Below, piece after piece: positions 22,258-31,103 of a stretch of DNA of 64,000 nt. Numbering within the stretch: position 1 is the stretch's first letter; each line of letters opens with the position of its first letter. Source of the DNA: an uncultured Acidimicrobiia bacterium (lineage in GTDB: Bacteria; Actinomycetota; Acidimicrobiia; Spongiisociales; DATADW01); assembly GCA_963826825.1 (NCBI GenBank), contig CAWGYV010000016.1:414771-478770 (forward strand), read 5' to 3'. The notes under the pieces were generated by a model. It was not told the DNA's origin and did no database searches. It saw nothing but the letters and a program-made list of their open reading frames with translations. A program made the position numbers and the translations under genes.

Positions 22258-23520
22258 AGGATGGTGGGTTGCGGCACAGGGACGATGAAACGCCCGCCCC
22301 TTGCGGCGTACTCCGCTTGCTGGCGCATGATCTCGTCCCTGAAGTTCCAGGCGAGTATCAGCAGATAGTCGGGCGGGTCGTCGAGAAGCCGCTCCGGGGA
22401 AAAGATGGGCAGCCGCACTCCTGGCATATGCAGTCCGTGTTTGTGGTCGTTCCGATCCACAACGTAATTCGAGGTACTCCGCCGCCCCGGTGTAGTTGAG
22501 AAGCGTGGCGCCCTTGGCCGCGGCGCCGTAGGCAGCGATTTTTGCCCCCTCGGAGGTGAGCCTGGAGAGGAGGTCGATCAGGTCCTGGCGGACCTGTTCG
22601 ACCCGATCGGAGAAGGCGGCGTAGTACGCAGCCTCTGTGAGCCCGATCCTTCGCTCCTCCTCGAGGTACTCCTCCACCGACGGCTCGGCTTCGGCCACCG
22701 CCGAGAAGGTCACACGGAGCGACCCACCGTGGATGGGGAAGTGCCTCACCCGGATCAAATCGAGTCCGTGTCTGCCAAAGAGAGCGGCGAGCGCGGTGAC
22801 GGAGAAAATGCAGTGGTGCTCGTGATAGATGGTGTCGAACTCGCAGTTATCCACCATGTCGCGCACGTAGGGGACCTCGATCTCGACCCTCCCCTCGGGG
22901 GCGAGGATCGTCGCGATGCCGGCGACGAACCGGTTCTGGTCGGGGACATGGGCGAGGACGTTGTTGCCCAGGACCACATCCGCCCTCACTCCGTCCGCCA
23001 GCAATCGATGCGCCAACTCGGGCGTGAAGAAGTCCCTGATCGTGGGGATGCCCCTCTGCTCGGCAGCGGCTGCAGGACCGGGCGCCGGGTCGATCCCGAG
23101 GACGGGCACCCCGGCCTTGAGGAACCATTGGAGCAGGTAGCCGTCATTGCTGGCCAGCTCCACCACCAGGTTGTGGTCGCCAAGGCCGAGCTCGTCGACC
23201 AATCCTTCGGCATGGGTCCGGGAGTGCTCCAGCACCTGATCGGAGAAGGAGGAAAAGTAGGGATAGTCCTCGTCGAAAAGCACGGTGGGTGGCACTGTCT
23301 CCTTGATCTGGACGAGCGAGCACCGCGGGCAAAACACCACGGTGAGCGGATAGTGGTGCTCGTCGGCGGCGGGGAGACCCGGTGCCACCAGCTCGTCGGC
23401 CAGCGGGACCATCCCGAGATCCAGCACGGGGACCAGATCGGTCGCCCCGCAGCTGCGGCACCCGGCTATTACCTCATGCACAGGTACATCATGCACGGGC
23501 ACATCATGCACGGGCATCAC
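22254..23520 (-). CDS. Class I SAM-dependent methyltransferase with Zn-ribbon, paralog of the previous gene (frame break ~22465)
   Basis: It carries CRSCGATD...CPRCSLVQ, VVELASNDGYLL and AAYGAAAKGATLLNY. The C-terminus (VVDRNDHKHGLHMPGVRLPIFSPERL...FIVPVPQPTIL) lies in ORF 22254..22460. Confidence 0.8.
23471..23515 (-). repeat. 3 x 15-bp tandem repeat encoding (VHDVP)-type pentapeptides at the methyltransferase 5' end
   Basis: The units acctcatgcacaggt / acatcatgcacgggc / acatcatgcacgggc give the protein N-terminus MMPVHDVPVHDVPVHEV. Confidence 0.9.
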
Positions 23521-24547
23521 CCGTCGAGCTCATGAGACGGAGATCCTGGCCCAGCACGCCGGCGTCCTGGAGCGACCTCACGTGTTTGACGCGGAGGAGC
23601 TTCCCCAAGAAGGCGTCGGTCCCGATACCGTAGTTGACGAAAGCTTCGTGAAGCTGCTCGGCACCACGCCTCACCGTCCACTGCGTGGCGAAGGCGGGTA
23701 GGACTTCCTCGATCTTCGAGCAGTCGACCCGGTAGTCCCTGATGTCGGGCCCCGCGGTGTCGGAGAGGACTATTTCGCTCCCCGGCACCATCTCCTGGAC
23801 TATGTCGGCCACATCGCGGATCTGGTAGTTCTCCTCCGAGCTTCCCACGTTGAGCACCTGGTCGTGGATCCGTTCCCGCGGCGCTTCGACGGCAGCGACA
23901 AATGCCCGGGAGATGTCCTCGATGTGCACCAGCGGTCGCCAGGGACTGCCATCGCTCTTCATCAACACCCGACCCTCGGTCACCGCAAAGCCCACGAGAT
24001 TGTTGACGACCAGGTCGGCCCTGACCCGCGGCGAGTAGCCGTATGCGGTGGCGCTTCGCAGGCAGGCGGGGCTGAACGAGGTCGAGGCCAGCGCCCGGAT
24101 GTCTCCCTCTGCATTGATCTTGGAGAACCCGTATGGAGTCACCGGGTTTATCTCCGACTCCTCGGTCACGAACGCTCCCGGTGACGCGCCGTAGATGCTG
24201 CACGACGATGAGAAGACGAAGCGCTCGACACCCACGGCGGCGGCGATCTCCGCCAAGCGCGCTGCCGCATGGTGGTTGATGGCATAGGTCGTGTCGGCGT
24301 CGAGGTCTCCCACCGGGTCGTTGGAGATCCCGGCGAGATGGCAGATCGCCTCCACACCGGCGATGTCGTCCGGCTCGACGTCGCGCAGGTCCTTGCGGAC
24401 CGCGGGAATGTCGGGCCAGTCGGGGCCGAGAGTGCAGTCGGCGAACATGTAGCTGTCGAAGCCGACGACCTCGTGGCCGGCCTGCTGCAACAGTCGCACC
24501 AGCACCGTTCCGATATAGCCGTTGTGGCCGGTGACCATGACCCGCAT
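23504..24547 (-). CDS. NAD-dependent epimerase/dehydratase family (extended SDR)
   Basis: MRVMVTGHNGYIGTVL is the Rossmann GxxGxxG motif and YGFSKINAE is the YxxxK catalytic motif. The protein is 347 aa from ATG 24547; the ORF-track extension is rejected. Confidence 0.85.
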   Translation of the reverse strand: MRVMVTGHNGYIGTVLVRLLQQAGHEVVGFDSYMFADCTLGPDWPDIPAVRKDLRDVEPDDIAGVEAICHLAGISNDPVGDLDADTTYAINHHAAARLAEIAAAVGVERFVFSSSCSIYGASPGAFVTEESEINPVTPYGFSKINAEGDIRALASTSFSPACLRSATAYGYSPRVRADLVVNNLVGFAVTEGRVLMKSDGSPWRPLVHIEDISRAFVAAVEAPRERIHDQVLNVGSSEENYQIRDVADIVQEMVPGSEIVLSDTAGPDIRDYRVDCSKIEEVLPAFATQWTVRRGAEQLHEAFVNYGIGTDAFLGKLLRVKHVRSLQDAGVLGQDLRLMSSTGDARA

Positions 24548-24552
24548 GGCCT

Positions 24553-25323
24553 TTAGTCCCAGATCTTCCAGGGCGGGTCGCCGCCATCCCAGAGCCGCTC
24601 CAACAGTGCCTTGTCCCTCATGGTGTCCATGCACTGCCAGAAGCCCTCGTGGCAGTAGGCCATCAACTCGCCGTCCGCGGCCAGATTCTCCATCGGCTCC
24701 CGCTCCCAGAGCGTGTCGTCGCCCTCGATGTAGTCGAAAACCCCGGGCTCGAGGACGAAGAATGCTCCGTTGATCCACCCGACGTCGAGCGGCTTCTCCG
24801 AGAAGTCCACCACCCGATTCCCCTCGATATGGAGGCCGCCAAATCGAGCGGGTGGGTGGACCGCGGTCACAGTGGCGAGCCTGCCGTGTGATCGGTGGAA
24901 GGCGAGCAGCCGGGAGAGGTCGATGTCGGACACCCCGTCTCCCCAGGTGAGCATGAATGTCTCATCTCCCAGCCAGGGCGCCAGCCGCTTGATCCGCCCG
25001 CCCGTATCGGTCCACCGGCCGGTCTCGATCAGGTCGACCACCCACTTCTCGGCCGCACCACCGTCGTGGACCCTGACATCGCCTGTGGAGACATCGACGC
25101 GGAGGCTGGAGGTCGTGGTGAGGTAGTCGGTGAAGAACAGCTTTATTTGATCGCCCTTGTAGCCGAGGGCAATGACGAATTGGTTGTACCCGAAATGGTC
25201 GTATTGGCGCATGATGTGCCACAGGATCGGATGGCCGCCGATCTCCACCATCGGCTTGGGCCTGATCTCGGTCTCCTCCGCCAGACGGCTTCCCAGACCG
25301 CCGGCGAGGATCGCCACCTTCAT
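24553..25323 (-). CDS. rfbF: Glucose-1-phosphate cytidylyltransferase
   Basis: Intact, 256 aa. MKVAILAGGLGSRLAEETEIRPKPMVEIGGHPILWHIMRQY...FWQCMDTMRDK is the typical RfbF sequence. Confidence 0.9.
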   Translation of the reverse strand: MKVAILAGGLGSRLAEETEIRPKPMVEIGGHPILWHIMRQYDHFGYNQFVIALGYKGDQIKLFFTDYLTTTSSLRVDVSTGDVRVHDGGAAEKWVVDLIETGRWTDTGGRIKRLAPWLGDETFMLTWGDGVSDIDLSRLLAFHRSHGRLATVTAVHPPARFGGLHIEGNRVVDFSEKPLDVGWINGAFFVLEPGVFDYIEGDDTLWEREPMENLAADGELMAYCHEGFWQCMDTMRDKALLERLWDGGDPPWKIWD

Positions 25324-25401
25324 GACGCAGTCATCGCGATGCGCTCCCCTCCCTCACTCAGCGTGGCGATCGTACCACTCGGGGCGACTCGTCGTTTCTG
25401 T

Positions 25402-26253
25402 ATGGGCCCGCCTACGCTCCCGGCCCTCATGCCCACAAACCAGCGGCCCACGAAGTTTCAGAAGCGCGTCACCGCGCTCAAACGCAAGGCACACCTCGGT
25501 GTCGAGCATCGCTCTGAATTCGACAATATCTACCATTGCTGTGTCCAGCGGACCGCCAGCCAGTGGCTCCGCAACATCTACAACGACGAGGTCTTCTATC
25601 GAAACACCGGACTGCGAGCCATCCCATACAAGGAGATGGGTTTGGCCGGTGCCCACATCGACGGACCATTCCCCAAGCGGACGATCGTCACCCACCTCTA
25701 CATCTCCTACCCAACCTACCTCTCGATCCCTAAGCCACGAGCGCACCGGTTCTTCTTCGTCCAGCGCGATCCGAGGGATGCGGTGGTCTCTTGGTACTTC
25801 GCTGCCCGCTACTCGCACAAGCCGATGGGGGCGATCCCGGAGATGCGCCGCGACCTGTCGTCCATGTCGCAGGAGGAGGGCATCCACTACATGATCGACG
25901 CCATCAGCGCACGCGGCTACTTCGATGCGCTCCGCTCGTGGACGGAAGTCGAGCCATCGGATTCGTTCCGTATCTTCCGCTATGAGGACATCGCCCTCGA
26001 CCTCCGCGGCTTCCTCGGCGATCTGTTCAAATTCCTCAAGATTCCGGCGCAATCTGCCGAGTTGGATTCGTTGGCGGAGCGCAAGAGCTTCCAGCAGGCG
26101 AGCGGCGGCCGCCAACAAGGCGAAGAGGACATACACGCCCATTTGAGGAAGGGAACTCCGGGCGACTGGCGGACCGCGCTCAATGACAGCGCCCTCGACC
26201 ACCTGCGCCGGGTATCGGGTGACCTGGTGGAGGTTCTGGGGTACGAGACATGA
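25402..26253 (+). CDS. Sulfotransferase-domain protein
   Basis: It carries FFFVQRDPRDAVVSWYF and the C-terminal HLRKGTPGDWR motif. Only the C-terminal ~280 aa of ORF 24895..26253 is credible. The start is ATG 25402 or 25429. Confidence 0.75.
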   Translation: MGPPTLPALMPTNQRPTKFQKRVTALKRKAHLGVEHRSEFDNIYHCCVQRTASQWLRNIYNDEVFYRNTGLRAIPYKEMGLAGAHIDGPFPKRTIVTHLYISYPTYLSIPKPRAHRFFFVQRDPRDAVVSWYFAARYSHKPMGAIPEMRRDLSSMSQEEGIHYMIDAISARGYFDALRSWTEVEPSDSFRIFRYEDIALDLRGFLGDLFKFLKIPAQSAELDSLAERKSFQQASGGRQQGEEDIHAHLRKGTPGDWRTALNDSALDHLRRVSGDLVEVLGYET

Positions 26254-26280
26254 CCGTCGGGTCGCCCGTTTCGGAGAGGG

Positions 26281-27198
26281 ATGGGAATGACCCCACTACC
26301 CAAAGTGTCTATCGGCTTACCGGTCTACAACGGCGAGAACCACATCGGTGATGCCATCGAGTCGATCGCATCGCAGTCTTTCGCAGACTTCGAACTGATC
26401 ATCTCCGACAACGCATCCACCGACTCCACCAGCGAGATCTGTCGGGGGTGGGCCGAGCGGGACGGACGGATCCGCTACTTCCGCAAGCCCACGAACATCG
26501 GGGCCGCGCCCAATTACCACCACGTCTTCCGGATGGCACGGGCCGATCTCTTCAAGTGGTCGGCGCACGACGACATGCTCGACCCGGGCTTCCTCGAGTC
26601 TTGCGTCGCCGCCCTCGACGATGATGCCGGCGCGGTGCTCGCATACACGGCGGCACGTCAGGTGGACGGCGATGGGAAGCCGCTCGGTGACATCCCACGC
26701 TTCTCGCAGGTGGTCTCCGCCGATCCCGTGGAGCGGTTCCGCGAAGTGGTCCGCCGGGAGCGGCTCAACCTCCCCATTTTCGGGCTTGTCAGGTCAGCGG
26801 CTCTCCGGGAGACCGCGTTACCCGGCTCCTACCACGCCAGTGCCCGGGTCCAACTCGCAGAACTGGCACTGCGCGGCACGTTCGCCTTCGTGCCGACTGT
26901 TCACTTCATCCATCGCAACCACCCTGCGGGCTCGCTGCGCGCCTATGACTCGGTCCACGCCCTCCGCAGCTGGTACGACACCGGCCGATCGGCTGGGACG
27001 TACATGCCCAGGTGGGAGTACATGAGCGGTCTGATGGGCGCTGCAACCCGCGCACCACTGTCGTGGCGGCAACGGGTCGACTGCTACGGAGAGGCCTTCA
27101 GGTGGGCGTTTGAGAAGCGCCGCAGCCTGGCATTGGATGTGGCCGAGGCGGGACGGCAATTGCTCGGCGGAGCAGTGCCTCGCCTCCGTCGCACCTGA
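26281..27198 (+). CDS. Glycosyltransferase family 2
   Basis: Intact, 305 aa. VSIGLPVYNGENHIGDAIESIASQSFADFELIISDNASTDST includes the D-x-D type region. Confidence 0.88.
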   Translation: MGMTPLPKVSIGLPVYNGENHIGDAIESIASQSFADFELIISDNASTDSTSEICRGWAERDGRIRYFRKPTNIGAAPNYHHVFRMARADLFKWSAHDDMLDPGFLESCVAALDDDAGAVLAYTAARQVDGDGKPLGDIPRFSQVVSADPVERFREVVRRERLNLPIFGLVRSAALRETALPGSYHASARVQLAELALRGTFAFVPTVHFIHRNHPAGSLRAYDSVHALRSWYDTGRSAGTYMPRWEYMSGLMGAATRAPLSWRQRVDCYGEAFRWAFEKRRSLALDVAEAGRQLLGGAVPRLRRT

Positions 27199-27226
27199 GC
27201 CGGGTCCCCCATTTAGACCCGGCTCA
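27196..27226. terminator. GC-rich hairpin between convergent GT2 and LPXTG-A genes (no U-tract)
   Basis: The sequence is tgagccgggtc-ccccattta-gacccggctca, an 11-bp stem. It includes the GT2 stop codon. Confidence 0.6.
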
Positions 27227-27259
27227 CTGTACGGACTACCCCTCAGCCGGCGGGCGTTA

Positions 27260-28145
27260 TCAGCCGGATGACCAGGGCTTGTCGGGGGCACCGTCTTCGC
27301 TCCGCCGACGCGTAGCGCCCAGCGCCACCGCGCCAGCCACCACTAGCGCCGCTCCCAGGCTCAGCCAACCACCACCGGCCCCGGGCCCGGTAAAGGGCAG
27401 GGTCTGCGCCACGGTGGTGGCGGAAATCGAGGTGCTGGTTATCTGAATCGAGGTGGTCGGCGTCGTTGGGTCGGTTGTCGAGGTGGTGGTCCGTCGGCGT
27501 GGTCTCCGGTGTCGTAGTCGTGGTCTCCGATGTTGTGGTCGTGGTCTCCGATGTTGTGGTCGTGGCCTCCGATGTTGTAGTCGTGGCCTCCGATGTCGTA
27601 GTCGTGGCCTCCGATGTTGTAGTCGTGGTCTGTTGAGCGGTGCAGGTGGCGGTCACCGAGTAGTCCACAGAGGTGGCAACAATCCCATTGGCGTCGGGAA
27701 CCATCACGTTGTACAGCTCGATGGTTGCGCCAAGCACCAGCGTGGCGTCCTGGAGGACGGTCTCGACAACATTGGGTAGCGACTCGGTCTGGAGAACGTC
27801 GGTCTCGTTGACGCCGGTGGCGATCACCCCGAAGTTGTTGAGATGGACGCTCTGGCCATTGGCGGCCGCCACGCTGAACGTGCACGTCCTCCCAATCAGG
27901 TCCCCATAGCCGTTGGCCGCCAGGTCGAAGGTGGTGAGCAGCCGCCTTACCCCCTCTTGGTCGGTCTGGTCCACCGGACGTGGGACGGAGAAATCCGCCC
28001 CGGTGAAGCTGAAGCTGACCGTCTGAGCCATGGCCGGTACCGCCAAAACGGCAGGCACCGCCACCAGCGCGGCCACGAACACTGCTCCGAGACGCCTTTT
28101 CAGCCCGGACAGGTTGAAAGAACCCCGGCTGCGTGATGCACGCAC
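27260..28145 (-). CDS. LPXTG-type cell-wall-anchored surface protein, copy A (frame break ~27480)
   Basis: The signal peptide is LGAVFVAALVAVPAVLAVPAMAQ. The N-domain reads FSFTGADFSVPRPVDQTDQEGVRR, followed by (TTTTSEx)6. After a frame shift the C-terminus reads ...TLPFTGPGAGGGWLSLGAALVVAGAVALGATRRRSEDGAPDKPWSSG-stop at 27260. Confidence 0.8.
27499..27624 (-). repeat. 6 x 21-bp tandem repeat encoding TTTTSE(A/T) heptads
   Basis: Six units of gtggtctccgatgttgtggtc and close variants are head to tail, in frame within LPXTG-A. Confidence 0.95.
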
Positions 28146-28158
28146 GACAAATCTCCCT

Positions 28159-28197
28159 CGTCAACCCCTTGTCCCCTTCCTACCGGGACGGTTGACG
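28159..28197 (-). promoter_or_regulatory. Conserved 5'-leader hairpin of LPXTG-A (paralogous element at 29646..29683 upstream of LPXTG-B)
   Basis: The stem cgtcaacc ... ggttgacg (8 bp, 23-nt loop) lies just upstream of the GAGGGAG Shine-Dalgarno. Copy B has cgtcacc ... ggttgacg. Confidence 0.5.
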
Positions 28198-28280
28198 ACC
28201 CAGGCGTTGAGGCAACTTAGATAGATCCCAAGGGAAACGCATCGCAAACCGACTGACTTCTTTAGCCAATTCGGTTATTG

Positions 28281-28386
28281 CAGATCCTGATCGGTGAAGC
28301 GGCGCACCATTAGTTCGAACCGGGGTAGCACGTTCCGAAGACGGCAGCTGCTCGGGGGCGCCGTCCCCCGGCTGCGCCGCACCTGA
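28281..28386. other. Duplication junction: degenerate copies of the CapK/PaaK-like gene 3' end and the GT2 gene 3' end
   Basis: 28281..28345 resembles 29775..29850 (gatcc..tcggtgaagcggcg..g.tcgaaccgggg.agc). 28346..28386 resembles 27150..27198 and still reads LGGAVPRLRRT-stop. Confidence 0.8.
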
Positions 28387-28411
28387 GCCGGGTCTCCCTA
28401 GACCCGGCTCA
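28384..28411. terminator. Second copy of the GC-rich hairpin, downstream of LPXTG-B
   Basis: The sequence is tgagccgggtc-tcccta-gacccggctca. It is a paralog of 27196..27226. Confidence 0.6.
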
Positions 28412-28461
28412 ACGTACGGACTACCCCTCAGCCGGCCAGCGTTCTAGCCGGACAAACTCGC

Positions 28462-29598
28462 TCAGCCGGAGGAGAAGGGCTTGTCGGGAGCGGTGTCCTC
28501 GCTCCGGCGCCTGGCCGCTCCTAGCGCCACTGCGCCCGCAATCAAGAGCGCCGCACCCAGGCTCAGCCAACCACCGCCACCGGGCCCGGTGTTGGGCAAC
28601 GTCGGGGGCACCGTCGTCACGACCGGGATGGTCGTGGGTGTGGTGGTGACGGTCGTCTGGAAGGGGGCGTTGCAAAGCGTCGACGCAGGCGGGTAGGGCA
28701 CCTCGAACACCTCGGTCTGAGGGTTGAGCGTGAGCTGGATGAAGATTGGCCGGTAACTCTCGGGCGGCCACGTGATCGGGTCGGTCGAGTCGTCGTAGCC
28801 CGGCCAGAGGCGGTTGACCGACACGTTCCCCTGGGCATCGGCGTTGACCGTCATCACCTCGATCTCGTTCATGTCACGGTCGTAGATGTGGAGCTGGATC
28901 CCGGTGGCGTTTGCCGGCCAGCCGCTCGACTCGACCACCAGGTGGGGTACGGCGTTGATGCACTCGCCGGTTGCCACCGGGACCGTGGGCGGCGCCGTCG
29001 TGGTCGTAGGCACCGTGGTTGATGTGGTAGTGGTTGACGAGGTGGTGGACGTGGTCGTGGTCGATGAGGTTGTCGATGTGGTCGTGGAAGTTGTCGTTGT
29101 GGTGGTCTGGTCTGCGCAGAACACCAACACCGTGTAGTCCACGGAGGTGCCCACGATGTCATCGTCATCGGGCATCCATGATGTTGTAGAGCTCCATCGT
29201 CTCGCCGAGGACGAGGGTGGGGTCGTCGAGCACGGTTCTCAGGACATTGGGCTCCGATTCCGTCTCGAGGACGTCGGTCTCGCTGCCCCCGGTCACGATC
29301 AGCCCGAGGTTGTTGACGTGGACGCTGTCGCCATTGGCCGCCAACACGATGATCCTGCAGGTCTGTCCGACCAGGTCCTCGAACCCGTTGGCCACCAGGT
29401 CAAAGCTGGCGACAAACCGCTGCACGCCTTCCTGGTCGGTCTGATCGGCGTCACGGGGGATGAAGAAGTCCGACCCCGTGAAGGTGAAGTCGGGAGTGGG
29501 AGCTGAGCCTGAGCCGGCACTGCCAGCACGAGAGGCACCGCCACCAACGCGGCAACCACGACTGCCGCCAAACGTCTTCTCAGCCCCGAAGCGGACAA
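28462..29598 (-). CDS. LPXTG-type cell-wall-anchored surface protein, copy B, with an extra middle domain (frame breaks ~29500 and ~29170)
   Basis: The signal peptide is LAAVVVAALVAVPLVLAVPAQAQ and the N-domain reads FTFTGSDFFIPRDADQTDQEGVQR. A Thr/Ser-rich linker and an extra domain follow. The anchor reads LPNTGPGGGGWLSLGAALLIAGAVALGAARRRSEDTAPDKPFSSG-stop. Confidence 0.85.
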
Positions 29599-29768
29599 GC
29601 CGCCATAACCCTATCGTGCGAACTCCACCCACGTCGCTCTCCCTTCGTCACCCCTTGCTTTCGCCTACCGGGCACGGTTGACGACCCTGGCGTATAAAGC
29701 CAATCTAGACAGACCCAAAAAGAAACGCGTGCACGCCGGTCCTTTTCCGCCAGCCGGCTGAGATCTCC

Positions 29769-31077
29769 TTACCGGAGATCCTTGCGGTGGTCGGTGAAGC
29801 GGCGTGCCTTGAGGTCGAACCGGGGAAGCGTCCCCATCGGAACCGTCGTGGCCAGCGGCCGGACTCCGATCCCGGTGTGGATCTCGCGGGCTACGGCGGC
29901 GGCGAGGGCGTCGGGATCACCCGTGGTGACCTCGATGCGCAGCTCCATCACGTCGAGCTCTTCCTTGCGGTAGACGTCGACAGCGAACTCGCCGATCTCG
30001 GGGAAGCGCCGCACCAGGTTCTCCACTGCGCTGGGGAAGATGTTGACGCCGCGCACGATGAGCACGTCGTCGACCCTCCCGGTGACACCACCCTCGAAGC
30101 GCATGAAGGTCCTGCCGTCCTCGCTGGGTTCGGAGGCGACGACCACATGGTCGCCGGTGCGGTAGCGGATCACCGGGAACCCGGGGCGACCCAGGTTGGT
30201 GATGATCAGCTCGCCGTCGTTCGACTCCTCACCGGTGGCGGGATCGATCACCTCGGCGAGGAACTCCGCCTCGTTGACGAACAGCCCGTTCTGGAGTTGT
30301 GACTCGAAGCCCCAGGCACCGACCTCGGTTGCGCCGGCATGGTCGTAGGCCCGTGCCCCCCACGCCTCTTCGATCCTCGCCCGGGTCGCCGGGATCCCTG
30401 CCCCGGGCTCGCCGGCGTGGATGGCCACTCGCACACCCGAGTTGGCGATGTCGATCCCCTCCTCGGCTGCCACCTCGGCGAGGTGGAGGGCGTAGGTGGG
30501 GGTGCACACCAGCACCGAGATGTCGTTGACCAGGATCGCCTTGAGCCGCTGCAGCGACGACATCCCACCGCCGGGGAAGGCGAGGGCGCCGATGAGACGG
30601 GCACCTTCATAGGCGCTCCAGAAACCGATGAACGGCCCGAACGAGAAGGCGAAGAAGATGCGGTCCATCGAGGTGACACCGGCACTGCGGTACACCTGCG
30701 ACCAGCAGCGGGCCCACCACCGCCAGCTGTCCTCGGTGTCGAGGCAGCGCAGCGGCTCACCCGTGGTACCGGACGTCTGATGGATCCGGGTGTACCGGGT
30801 GCGGGCATAGGTGAGGTTGGTCCCGTATGGCGGATTGGAGATCTGGTCGGTGGCCAGTTCCTGCTTGGTGGTGAACGGGATCTTCTTCAGGTCGTCCATG
30901 GTGCGGACGTCGTCGGAGCTGCGAATGCCGGCACGACCCAGCTTGCCCCGGTAGAAGGCGTTGCCGTCGAGCACCTCGTCCAGCAGAAGCTGAAAGCGGC
31001 GCAAGCTGGACCTCCTGCAAGGCGTTGCGGCCCAGCGTCTCGGCGAACCCGGTCGAAAACTCGAACTCCATCGTCAT
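29769..31077 (-). CDS. Adenylate-forming enzyme of the phenylacetate-CoA ligase / CapK / F390-synthetase-like family (frame break ~31004)
   Basis: It carries IHQTSGTTGEPLR, DHAGATEVG, RYRTGD and VDDVLIVRGVNIFP. An extra N-terminal 24 aa (MTMEFEFSTGFAETLGRNALQEVQ) lies in the adjacent frame, with GGAGGG upstream. Confidence 0.82.
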
Positions 31078-31103
31078 CCCTCCATGTCTCCTTGACCCCG
31101 CCC

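Noticed and set aside
21031-23520. Single 829-aa ORF that looks like a giant double methyltransferase fusion
   Set aside because: The middle ~90 residues (RCGSERPQTRTAYARS...) are out-of-frame nonsense. The true C-terminus of the first enzyme lies in ORF 22254..22460, and its stop overlaps a GTG start (GTGA). These are two paralogous genes joined by one frame break.
24895-26253. 452-aa plus-strand ORF
   Set aside because: The first ~170 residues are antisense to the well-supported rfbF gene and have shadow-ORF composition. Only the sulfotransferase part from ATG 25402/25429 is credible.
27499-27624. Regular short repeats that could suggest a CRISPR array
   Set aside because: The units are directly adjacent with no spacers, are 21 bp (in frame) and encode a Thr-rich stalk inside a surface-protein gene. 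No cas genes are present in the window.
28295-28335. tRNA-like string (agttcgaaccgggg, resembling a T-arm) between the two LPXTG genes
   Set aside because: It is a decayed copy of the CapK/PaaK-like gene 3' end (compare gaggtcgaaccgggg at 29811..29825). No acceptor, anticodon or D-arm structure can be drawn.
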